A stretch of DNA of 30,339 nucleotides from a virus (Duplodnaviria; Caudoviricetes): positions 1 to 30,339 of IMG/VR virus record IMGVR_UViG_3300012921_000065; one strand, written 5' to 3'. How positions within the stretch are numbered: the stretch's first letter is position 1; the number at the start of each line of letters is the position of its first letter. The notes under the pieces were generated by a model, which saw only the letters and a program-made list of their open reading frames with translations, was not told the DNA's origin and searched no databases. Below are positions 7,799 to 16,109 of the stretch, piece by piece. The translations under genes and the position numbers were made by a program.

Positions 7799-8677
7799 TT
7801 AAGGCCCCCAGAACTTGCCGCCGCCCGCGAGATAGCCGCCGCCGAGCGCGCCGCCCAATCCAAACAGGCCACCCATCGCCGCGTTTTGCTGGCCGATCTG
7901 CTGGTTGTAGATGTTTTGCTGGCCGCTGTATTGCAGCCCCTGCGCGCCGATAACGTCGGTGTTCGCGATGCCGGTCTGCGGCGTGTTGACGAAGGACGGT
8001 GCCTGCAATTGTGTGCCGCCCGCGAGCGCCGCAAGCTCGTTTAGCGACTGCTGGCGCGGCATGTAGGCTTCGCCGATCTGGTTTTGGCGCCCCTGGATCA
8101 TGCGCGCGTATTCGGCGCCCGCAAGGTTGCCCGCGTTCAAGCGAGACTGGATCGTGGCGTCGTTCAAGCCCTGATAGAACGGCTGGAAGGCGTCATTGTA
8201 CGCCTGACTGCCCGCCGTAATGCCCTGGTTTGCAAGCTGCGTTTCAAGCTGCTGGCGCTGCCGGTCGTAGGTCGAATTGCTGCGCGACATGAGGTCGTTG
8301 AACGACTGGTCGCGAAACGCATTGTCGTATGTCGGCTGCGCGCCGAACTGCGACATATCGACGGGCTGCGAAAGCATGCCCTTGACGTTGTCAAGCAGCG
8401 CGTTGCCGGTCTGCCCGTAGGTTTCCGACGCATTCTGCTGCAAATCAAGGATGCGCTGCGATTGCGGCGTCAGCGTCTGGGTAACGCTGAAACGCGGCGT
8501 GCCGTCCGACCAAGTGCCGTTTTGCGACCATTCCAGGGAGCCGGTCGGCGTGTATTGGTTGTCGGCGTTCAAGCCTTTTTGCGAGATCGCCGTTTCTTTG
8601 TTTGCAGCGCCTTGCGCGCGCGCGGTCGCCGTCGCATCGACCGGAGCCGGTGCGTTGTTGCTTCGCTTCTCGCCCAT
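7799..8677 (-). CDS. DNA ejection (pilot) protein (292 aa)
   Basis: NQYTPTGSL motif, Q/N-rich, C-terminal GGLFGLGGALGG hydrophobic tail. Confidence 0.75.
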   Translation of the reverse strand: MGEKRSNNAPAPVDATATARAQGAANKETAISQKGLNADNQYTPTGSLEWSQNGTWSDGTPRFSVTQTLTPQSQRILDLQQNASETYGQTGNALLDNVKGMLSQPVDMSQFGAQPTYDNAFRDQSFNDLMSRSNSTYDRQRQQLETQLANQGITAGSQAYNDAFQPFYQGLNDATIQSRLNAGNLAGAEYARMIQGRQNQIGEAYMPRQQSLNELAALAGGTQLQAPSFVNTPQTGIANTDVIGAQGLQYSGQQNIYNQQIGQQNAAMGGLFGLGGALGGGYLAGGGKFWGP

Positions 8678-9124
8678 TTAGGCCCCGTATTTCCGCCCGT
8701 AATCGTCGGCGGTCATCTGGCAAATTTGCGCGTGCTTCTTCTTGCCGTAGGCGTGCGGCACGATTGGCTTGCGCTTGAATCCGATATGCTCGTTTACTTT
8801 CAGCGCGCGCTCGTTTTCGAGCGGCGTCACGGTGTAGGTCATCCAGTATCCGCGCTGCACGAACGGGTAGTGCAGAAGCGCGCGGATCGTGTTCGGCGTT
8901 GCCCATAGCGGGCTGTCGGCCGCCATGCTGAGTTGGATATGGCCGTAATCCGGTTGGTCCGCGTGGTACACGATGCCCGCGTAGAGCGTTCCGCGTTCCG
9001 CGCTGCCGACGCCGATAGCGACGCACGGCCCAAAATCGCCGCCGTGCATGTGCGGGATGCGCGCGGCAACCCACTTGGCCACGTCCGCATCGTAGCCGAA
9101 CAGCAGGCGGGGTTCGGCGCGCAT
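8678..9124 (-). CDS. GNAT-fold virion assembly protein
   Basis: TAATG-coupled start; AGIVYH...LLHYPFVQ...NERALKVNEHIGFK acetyltransferase-like motifs; typical position between nozzle and ejection genes. Confidence 0.75.
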   Translation of the reverse strand: MRAEPRLLFGYDADVAKWVAARIPHMHGGDFGPCVAIGVGSAERGTLYAGIVYHADQPDYGHIQLSMAADSPLWATPNTIRALLHYPFVQRGYWMTYTVTPLENERALKVNEHIGFKRKPIVPHAYGKKKHAQICQMTADDYGRKYGA

Positions 9125-9990
9125 TATCCGCGATACGCCCAGGGCGTCGTGTATTCGCGACCGTAGGGGCTGTAGCTCGAAACGCGCGGGCCGTAGGCCA
9201 TGCGCCCGCCCATGCCGTTGTCGGGCGAGGTGCCGAGCAATGCCTGCGCGAGCGGCGAATTGACGCTGTTGCCGCCAAGGGGCGAATTGCCGGAGCCCGA
9301 TGGCCCGAACCCGCCGTCGTTCGCGCTGCCGGGGCCCGGGGGCGACGCATTGCCAGCACTGGCGCCGGTCGCAGGCGATGCGCCGTAGCCCGTCGCCGCG
9401 CGCCCGGCCGCCGTCGCCATGCCGCCAAGCGTCGGGCCGCCCACCCAACCGCTCAGCATGTTGGCCATGCCAATTGGGCCAAGCGCCATGCTGGCGAGCG
9501 CATTGATGCCCGTCGCTACGGGATTGTCGAGTGCCTTGTCGACTTGGCGCCCCGCGAAGGCGCCCGCGCGGCCAAAGCCTTGCGCGCCCGCAAGCTCGTT
9601 GCCGCCAAAAGCGAAGCCGAGATTCGGCGCCGTCGCACGATCCTCGCCCATCATGGCTTCGCCAGCGCCGCCGCCGAATGTACCGCCAGCGCCCAGGCCC
9701 ACATTGCCGTTGTTCGCATTGTTCTGCGAATTGTCGGCGGGACCAAGGCCGTCGCCGAAACCGCCGCCCGCACCGCCGCCAAGACCGTCGTTCGTGGATC
9801 CGTAATCGCTGCCGCCGCCCATGGGGTCGCTGCCGTAAAACTCCAGCAAACCCGTGCGCGGATTGATCGTCGCCGCGCCGCCCAGTGCCTTGAGCAATGC
9901 GGCCTCGCGCGGGTTGATGTGCGCGACAATCGTGTCGCCGTTGCGGCCGTGGTCGTCGAGTTTCGCCGCGAGCCGTTTCAGGTTTTTCAT
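9124..9990 (-). CDS. Gly-rich virion/ejection-associated protein
   Basis: ATGA-coupled start at 9990; N-terminal GRNGDTIVAHINPREAALLKALGG..TINPRTGLLEF module followed by low-complexity sequence. Confidence 0.7.
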   Translation of the reverse strand: MKNLKRLAAKLDDHGRNGDTIVAHINPREAALLKALGGAATINPRTGLLEFYGSDPMGGGSDYGSTNDGLGGGAGGGFGDGLGPADNSQNNANNGNVGLGAGGTFGGGAGEAMMGEDRATAPNLGFAFGGNELAGAQGFGRAGAFAGRQVDKALDNPVATGINALASMALGPIGMANMLSGWVGGPTLGGMATAAGRAATGYGASPATGASAGNASPPGPGSANDGGFGPSGSGNSPLGGNSVNSPLAQALLGTSPDNGMGGRMAYGPRVSSYSPYGREYTTPWAYRG

Positions 9991-11519
9991 AGCTGCCCGC
10001 CCGGAACAAAAATGAAGTCGGTGGCGATCCATCCCGCCGTCAGCGAATTGGACGCCGTTCGGATGCGCAATGCGCCCGCCCGCCCGATTCCACGCACGCC
10101 GAGCCAGCCGTCGTAAATGTCGGCCGCACCGCCCCAGGTATCGGTATCCCAGACCGCCGTATCCCAGAGACCGCCCGTGCCGCCCAGCGAGGTCGGAACG
10201 CTCGACGGCGGGAACACGCGGAAGTCGGTGTTCATTTCGACGGCGATTTGCGGCGTGCCATCGGCCTCGAACACGGGCCGCGCGAGCTTGAAAGCCTTGC
10301 TGTTGCCCGTGCTGCCGAAATACGAGAATGCTTGCAGCGCGTCCGTGTTGATGTTCGTGCCCGCGTCGCTTGCACCCGTGTCGAACTTGTACACGGTGCC
10401 GTTGCTGGACCCGAAATAGGCGTCGTTGTTGCGCAGGCCCCACGTTACTGCGGGAACGCCCGTAAAGCGGCACGGCGCGCGCGTGATCGTGTTGAACGCG
10501 ATCTGGTATGCGGCGCTCGATGAAATCGGCACGTTGAACAGCAGCATTGTGCGGCGCGGATAGATGAACGGCTCCCAGCCGAACAAGCTGCCGTAGTCGC
10601 GCACATAGTCGTTGAACGCGCGATTGACTTGCGCCGTCAGCGCCACGCGCTCGGTCTGCGAACGGTCAATCGAGAGGACGGACGAACACGGCACTACGCC
10701 TTCGTCCGTCACGATCAAGAGGTCGGCGCCGGCCTTGCGGAAGCATCGGCGCCCGATGGGTTTGCCGATGCGGAACACGCCAGCGAGCGACCACGTTGCC
10801 GCCGCCGCAGGGTCGGTGCCCTGATAGACAATGGCCTCGCCTTCGCTCGTCAGGAACACCGCCACGTCGTCCAGGCCGTCGCCGCCGTCGCGGGACCATG
10901 TGCCCATCGCCATGATGTAGCCGCCGCGCGTCGCGATGCCCGCAAGGCTAAACGACGACGCAGCGCCGCCAATGCTGTTGACCGCGAGATACCAAGCCGT
11001 GAGACTGTCGCGCTCGCCAAACCATAGGCGGCGTTGATGCGCGTTGATCCAGACAAGATTCGCCGCAGTCGGTCCAGTGATTGCTGGCGTCGTCGCCCAT
11101 GCGGTGCCGTTGTAATTTAGCGGCGCGTCGGCACCGTTGACGCACACGACGAATTGTCCGCCCGCCGTGCCAAAGTTCGCGTATTGCCAGCGCGCGTTCG
11201 CGAGCCCCGAAACCTCAGCCGAGCCCACGGCGCCCGCACTCGTTACGTCGTAGATGTTGCCGCCCGCGCAGCCGAACAGTTCGCCCGTGCCCGTCGTCGG
11301 CGTGTACTCGATCAGCGTTTCGACGGCGGCGCCCAAGCCCGTCGCGTGCGACGCATAGCCGGGGCGAATGTTGAGCTTATCGGTCGTCGGAAACCAGTTG
11401 TCGAGAATGACGGCGCGCTTTTCCGGCATGTCTGCCAGTGCTTCGCGCGTGTCCCAGCCTTCGACCGGGGCCGGTAGCGTCTTGCTAACGGCGCCCGCCA
11501 TTCCGATAGAACGGCTCAT
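9987..11519 (-). CDS. tail nozzle / DNA stabilisation protein
   Basis: ATGA-coupled start at 11519; LPAPVEGWDTRE...LDNWFP; beta-rich, about 510 aa; follows the adaptor. Confidence 0.8.
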   Translation of the reverse strand: MSRSIGMAGAVSKTLPAPVEGWDTREALADMPEKRAVILDNWFPTTDKLNIRPGYASHATGLGAAVETLIEYTPTTGTGELFGCAGGNIYDVTSAGAVGSAEVSGLANARWQYANFGTAGGQFVVCVNGADAPLNYNGTAWATTPAITGPTAANLVWINAHQRRLWFGERDSLTAWYLAVNSIGGAASSFSLAGIATRGGYIMAMGTWSRDGGDGLDDVAVFLTSEGEAIVYQGTDPAAAATWSLAGVFRIGKPIGRRCFRKAGADLLIVTDEGVVPCSSVLSIDRSQTERVALTAQVNRAFNDYVRDYGSLFGWEPFIYPRRTMLLFNVPISSSAAYQIAFNTITRAPCRFTGVPAVTWGLRNNDAYFGSSNGTVYKFDTGASDAGTNINTDALQAFSYFGSTGNSKAFKLARPVFEADGTPQIAVEMNTDFRVFPPSSVPTSLGGTGGLWDTAVWDTDTWGGAADIYDGWLGVRGIGRAGALRIRTASNSLTAGWIATDFIFVPGGQL

Positions 11520-12220
11520 GCGTTCCAATAGCCTTCGGGAATGACGATGCCGGGGTAGCGGCCATACTCGGGCGCTTGGCTCAGATTGATCGTGCGGCGC
11601 GGCTGGTCGTTCGTCAGCAATTGGCGCACGCGGTTTTCGTACTTGGTTTGCAGCGCCTGGAAACGCGCTTGCCCCGCCTGCTCAAGGAAACGCCACGCGA
11701 TGCCAAGCGAGAACAATTCTTCCGGCACGCGGCCCGTATCCGTGTCGGCGGTCCACACGCTCTGCGGGGTGCCGCCTGCCGACTTGCAATAGTTGCTCGA
11801 CACATACTCGAAGGCGAAAGTTTCGCCTGCGGGCGGGGCTGGCGTGACGTAGATGTCGTTGCCGTAGACCGTGAACGTGTCCTGCAGCGGGCTTGTGGTC
11901 CAAGCCTGGATATTCTGCCACTGTTGCGGCGTAACCGGCCCCATCAGCGGACGACGGCGCGAGCGGTTCCAGAAGGTCTCGTTGATGAAGCGCGCGAAGT
12001 CGGTCGGGATCATGCCCGTCTGCACCTCGCTTGCGAGGCTCGTAAACGTCGTCGGCGTGCGCAAGCCCTGCCATTCGCCGCGCGTCGGCAGCTCCTTGCC
12101 TTCGAGTTTGGCGTAGTTCAAAAGCTGCTGCACTTCGGGGTCGGTGTTGCCGACGACGGACGCGGGGCGACGCAAGCCGATCTGGTCGGCGGCATCGATG
12201 CAGATTGTGAGCAGGCTCAT
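11516..12220 (-). CDS. head-to-tail adaptor (tail tubular protein A-like)
   Basis: ATGA-coupled start; MSLLTIC...; FEYVS, LGIAWRF motifs; synteny. Confidence 0.75.
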   Translation of the reverse strand: MSLLTICIDAADQIGLRRPASVVGNTDPEVQQLLNYAKLEGKELPTRGEWQGLRTPTTFTSLASEVQTGMIPTDFARFINETFWNRSRRRPLMGPVTPQQWQNIQAWTTSPLQDTFTVYGNDIYVTPAPPAGETFAFEYVSSNYCKSAGGTPQSVWTADTDTGRVPEELFSLGIAWRFLEQAGQARFQALQTKYENRVRQLLTNDQPRRTINLSQAPEYGRYPGIVIPEGYWNA

Positions 12221-12480
12221 TCTTCGCCCCGCTCCTTGCGCGCGCGCAATTCGTCCAAGGCTTTCCGCATTTCGGCGGCCCCCTCGTGAAACTTGGCGAG
12301 CCAGCCCGCTTCGGTTGCGGGGATATCGAACGTGAAATACGGAAACCGCTTTGGGCGACAAATCGAAAGCTGGATATGGCCCGCCACGGTTACAACAAAC
12401 ATGGCCCAGGCGTCAGGCCATAGCTTTTTGACCTCGGCGTCTGTCGCGGCGACGATTGCGCGTGCCTCTTCCAGCGTCAT
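12217..12480 (-). CDS. hypothetical protein (87 aa)
   Basis: Fits exactly between neighbours with coupled start and stop. Confidence 0.7.
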   Translation of the reverse strand: MTLEEARAIVAATDAEVKKLWPDAWAMFVVTVAGHIQLSICRPKRFPYFTFDIPATEAGWLAKFHEGAAEMRKALDELRARKERGEE

Positions 12481-13071
12481 TTAAGCCGCAACCTTCGGCG
12501 GACGGCCCGGCCCGCGTTTTTCGAGCCCGGCCTTCGCGGCAAGCTCGGCAACGGTCGCGGTCAGTTCGGCGATCTGCGCGGCCTGGTCCGCAATCGTCGC
12601 ATCGCGCTCGGTGAGCGCCGCCGCAATGTGCGCATCGCCCTGCTTGGCCTGCATAAACGCCCGCGCCTTTTCGCGCATCGCCCGCGCGCCCATGCCCACC
12701 TTTTCGAGATCGGCGTCCGTCATCGCGGCAACGTCTTCGACCGTGCGAATGTGCATGAGCTTCAAGCGGTCGGCCTGCGCCGAATTGACGCCCGGCCACG
12801 CCGCAAGCGCGGTGCCCGTCGTCGGCTCTTCCTGGCCCTTGAGCCACGCGCGGTACGCGGGCTCGATCATCGGCCAAAGCGCCTGGTCTTTTTCGAGGCG
12901 CGCGATCTTCTCGCACGTCGTGGCGCCGTTGCCGCCCTTCTTCACCCACTCGCACATATGGACCTCGCGCGTGTCGCCGGGCTTGCCGGGAACGTCGGCG
13001 TATTCCGTCCAAATGCGCAGCACGGCGACATGCGGCTTGTCGCGATTGAATGCCTGTCCGTCGATCATCAT
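12481..13071 (-). CDS. conserved phage protein with coiled coil and C-terminal AT-hook-like motif
   Basis: GGAGG RBS; GTALAAWP...IRTVEDVA core; ends KRGPGRPPKVAA. Confidence 0.75.
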   Translation of the reverse strand: MMIDGQAFNRDKPHVAVLRIWTEYADVPGKPGDTREVHMCEWVKKGGNGATTCEKIARLEKDQALWPMIEPAYRAWLKGQEEPTTGTALAAWPGVNSAQADRLKLMHIRTVEDVAAMTDADLEKVGMGARAMREKARAFMQAKQGDAHIAAALTERDATIADQAAQIAELTATVAELAAKAGLEKRGPGRPPKVAA

Positions 13072-13093
13072 TTTTCGGCCCCTCCGAAATGCC

Positions 13094-13128
13094 AAAGAAA
13101 AAGGGCGGGACCCGCAAAGGTCCCGCCC
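13094..13128 (-). terminator. intrinsic terminator
   Basis: 10-bp stem GGGCGGGACC/GGTCCCGCCC followed by TTTTTCTTT. Confidence 0.8.
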
Positions 13129-13144
13129 CCGTTTTCGCCGCCCG

Positions 13145-13627
13145 TTACTGCGGGCAAGTCACCAGCACAATTTTGGCCGACGCATCGACCGCAATCGCGC
13201 AAATGTGGTCGGTGACAAGTGCCGACACGTCAAGCGTGCCGTCCGTAGCCCCGACCGGCGTGAGCGCGTTGCCGTCCGCACCCGCCGTCAGTGCCGTCGT
13301 GAGCGTCGCGACGCCGCTGATCTGAATCCAGCAATACTCGGTCGTCGCGGGCGCCGACAAAAGCACGCCAGCGCCGACGCCCGCCGAATCCGACAGATCC
13401 GACGTGACCACGGTTGTTGAGCCCGCCGACGCGCCGGACGGCGCCAAGTAGTAGGCGAAATTCCCGGCGACGGCGGCGACCGAGCCCGCGCCCGAGTTGT
13501 ACTGCACGAACTTGTACGCCTTGCCGTCGCCGTCGCGATAGATGTCGCCAAGCGCGAAACCGGCGCCCGGCGTGTTGCCGCCGAGAACCGAATAGGTATC
13601 GGTCAGGCGTGCGCCAAAATTTGCCAT
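13145..13627 (-). CDS. capsid decoration / cement protein
   Basis: 160 aa, beta-rich, immediately after the capsid gene; YKFVQY and YCWIQISG motifs. Confidence 0.7.
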   Translation of the reverse strand: MANFGARLTDTYSVLGGNTPGAGFALGDIYRDGDGKAYKFVQYNSGAGSVAAVAGNFAYYLAPSGASAGSTTVVTSDLSDSAGVGAGVLLSAPATTEYCWIQISGVATLTTALTAGADGNALTPVGATDGTLDVSALVTDHICAIAVDASAKIVLVTCPQ

Positions 13628-13646
13628 GTTCTTTGGTTCCTTTCAG

Positions 13647-13677
13647 AAAGCGAAAGGGGCGAGCCGAAGCCCGCCCC
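13647..13677 (-). terminator. UUCG hairpin / weak terminator after the capsid gene
   Basis: GGGGCGGGC-TTCG-GCTCGCCCC then TTTCGCTTT. Confidence 0.6.
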
Positions 13678-13683
13678 AATCGG

Positions 13684-14649
13684 TTAAGCCGCGTCGATCA
13701 GCAGGCCCTGCAAGCTGCGGTTGGAACACGTCAGGTTGCCCATCCACAGCATCGGAATGACCACGCCGTCCTGGTTCATGGACATTTTCTCGTCCATCGT
13801 CGTCCAGCGCGCGTCGCGGTGTTCGACGAGTTCGAGATAGTTCGTGTTCAGGAAGTACATGCGCTCGGCCGTCGTCGCGAAGTTCGAGTTGCTGTCGAAA
13901 ATCACGTCGGCATCGACGTACTTGAGCGACTTGAAGCCCGCCGTCGCACTGTCGCTTTCGGCGTAGCGCTGCAAGTCCTGCAGACTTTCCCAGTACATCG
14001 CGAAGAAGTCGTGCGAGGACACGATCAAGTCGGGCTTGTCGGCGCCGCGCACCAAGTCCAGATACAGGGCGTTCATTTCGCCCTTGATCGTCGACTTGCT
14101 GATCGTGTTCGTGCCCGCTGCCTCGCGGAACTTGTTGCGCCAGAACGTGTAGGTCGTCGAGTTGATCCCGCCGACCGTGCCCTGGCCGTTGGTCTGGATG
14201 ATGTTTTGCAGGCCACCCATCTGGTTTGCGAGCGCGCCAGACGAGTACAGGTCGATGCTCATATTGTTGGCAGCGGTGCGCATCGCGTTCTTCGTGCGAG
14301 CCGCCGCCAAGTCGATGAGCTGTTCCTTGCCGCTGTTCATGCGGAGTTCGCGGCCCGAGGCGACGACGTTGATCGCGGCCTGAACCCAATCGTATTTCGC
14401 GGCGGTCAGAACGTCCGACGCGTTGACGTTGAGGGTGTCGAAGCCCGAGTAGCGCTGGTACGTCGAGTTTTCGGCGTAATCGAGCGGGCGTACGATTTCG
14501 TAGCCGCCCGAAAGCGCCTTGATCTTGCCGCGCTTTTTGAGGCGCAAGTACATGGCGTTGTTGGCCGACACGTTGTCCGACACTTCGGACGGATGGTTGC
14601 GAAGGGTCGTCGTCACCATTTCGGTGAAAACGCTGTTGGGGCTGGGCAT
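13684..14649 (-). CDS. major capsid protein
   Basis: 321 aa; TTTLRN..DNVS.NNA, GGYEIVRPLDYA, GNLTCSNRSLQG pattern; follows the scaffold gene. Confidence 0.9.
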   Translation of the reverse strand: MPSPNSVFTEMVTTTLRNHPSEVSDNVSANNAMYLRLKKRGKIKALSGGYEIVRPLDYAENSTYQRYSGFDTLNVNASDVLTAAKYDWVQAAINVVASGRELRMNSGKEQLIDLAAARTKNAMRTAANNMSIDLYSSGALANQMGGLQNIIQTNGQGTVGGINSTTYTFWRNKFREAAGTNTISKSTIKGEMNALYLDLVRGADKPDLIVSSHDFFAMYWESLQDLQRYAESDSATAGFKSLKYVDADVIFDSNSNFATTAERMYFLNTNYLELVEHRDARWTTMDEKMSMNQDGVVIPMLWMGNLTCSNRSLQGLLIDAA

Positions 14650-14674
14650 GGCCTATATCCTTTTGAGAGAGGGT

Positions 14675-15793
14675 TTAGGCCGCGCTATAGAGACGATCCG
14701 CCACTTGGCGCATCGTGTCTTCGAGGGACTTGGGCGTCGTCGGAGAAGCGCCAATCGTGCCTTTTGTGGCGACGTTGACGGATGCCTGGCGCTTGGCCTC
14801 TTGTGCCTTGCGTTCGGCTTCCTGCTTGCGTGCTGCTTCCTCTTGGGCGCGCTGGGCCTGTGTGACTTGCGCGTACACTTCGGGATGCAGTTTGACGGCT
14901 TGCTCGTAGGCGTCGGGAAGGTCCGTAGCGAGGCCCGCTCGGATCAGTTTCGCCATGTGGGGCTTGACTGTCTCGAAGTGGACGCTCTTCGGATCGTTTT
15001 TGAACGCTTCGATGCGCGCGGCAAGTTGCGAGGATTCCGCCTCGTTCTGCATGCGCTGCTGCTGTTGCAAGTAGCTTTCGAGTTGCCCAAGCCGCTGCTG
15101 TAGCGCGGCTTGATTGGGGTCAACGTAGGCTTGCGCCTGTTGCGCCCCGGTTTGCAGTTGGCCGAGATCGATCCCGTACATGCGTGCAACCTCTTGGATT
15201 GCCTGCATCGGGTTGGTTCTGAGCGCCTCGTCCGCCGCAGCGAGATTTGCGACGTATTGCGCGGGGTGAATGTTGTTCACCTTCAAACGCGCTTCCACGG
15301 GCCGCAATGCCTGTGCGATCGGGGCGAGCATGCCCAGCTTGCCTTCGTACTCGGTCTTGAGTTTCGCGACGCCTTCCCGCATTTGGTCTTCCCGAAGCGT
15401 GATGTAGTCACGCAAAGCCGGGTCGGCCTTTTCGAGTAATGCGCGCTTGTCTGCCGACCACGTTGCCGGTAGCGGCTTGGTCGTCGGCTGTTCCGCTGGC
15501 GGTGTCGCCGCGGTATCTGTTTCGACGGGCGCAGCCTCTTTCGGCGCGGTCTCCGTCTTCGGTTTTTCGACGAACTTGCCATCGGGGCCGCGCAGTCTGT
15601 CCGATGCGGACGAAGAAGCGGGCGGCTCGCCATCATGCTCTGCCGATGGAAGGCCCGCACCCTCCGGGAGGGGCGCGGCGGGCGCGGACGCGGTGTCGTC
15701 GGCCATGGCCTTGTCGTAGGCCGCCGACATGGTTTCTTCAAAAGAAGGCTTATCGGCTTCGGGGTTTCCCGCGCCGCTCAAAACGTCGGTCAT
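14675..15793 (-). CDS. capsid scaffolding protein
   Basis: Acidic/Pro-rich N-terminus, RGPDGKF motif, helical C-terminus; directly upstream of the capsid gene. Confidence 0.8.
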   Translation of the reverse strand: MTDVLSGAGNPEADKPSFEETMSAAYDKAMADDTASAPAAPLPEGAGLPSAEHDGEPPASSSASDRLRGPDGKFVEKPKTETAPKEAAPVETDTAATPPAEQPTTKPLPATWSADKRALLEKADPALRDYITLREDQMREGVAKLKTEYEGKLGMLAPIAQALRPVEARLKVNNIHPAQYVANLAAADEALRTNPMQAIQEVARMYGIDLGQLQTGAQQAQAYVDPNQAALQQRLGQLESYLQQQQRMQNEAESSQLAARIEAFKNDPKSVHFETVKPHMAKLIRAGLATDLPDAYEQAVKLHPEVYAQVTQAQRAQEEAARKQEAERKAQEAKRQASVNVATKGTIGASPTTPKSLEDTMRQVADRLYSAA

Positions 15794-15806
15794 TTTCCCT
15801 CGCTGT

Positions 15807-16109
15807 TTAAGCGCCTACATCCGTAGGCAGGCGAACGGGCGCCGGGAGCGGATCGCCCCCGAGTTTCAGCCCGTTCTTTTTGGCAAAGCGTTCGCTGCGG
15901 TAAACCGGCGTGAATTCGCTGGGGTCAACCTCTCGGCAGCCGGAACGCTTCAAGTCTTCGCGCCGCGCCGCGCGGCCATCGACGGGCTTGCCGGTCACGG
16001 GCGAGATATAGGCAGGCGTGTCGCGCACGATCATCGGCCCGACTTGCGGGGCGCGCGCGAACGCCGATACCGGCACCCAGTCGCCCTCGTACCAAACGTG
16101 GCGGGTCAT
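15807..16109 (-). CDS. conserved hypothetical phage protein
   Basis: ATGA-coupled to the portal gene; YISPVTGKPVDGRAARREDLKRSGCRE. Confidence 0.75.
   Translation of the reverse strand: MTRHVWYEGDWVPVSAFARAPQVGPMIVRDTPAYISPVTGKPVDGRAARREDLKRSGCREVDPSEFTPVYRSERFAKKNGLKLGGDPLPAPVRLPTDVGA

Noticed and set aside
5702-8044. Long + strand ORFs (also 16109-18157, 3320-4768, 13414-14778, 19067-20296)
   Set aside because: Antisense shadows of GC-rich structural genes with Arg-rich, non-protein-like composition
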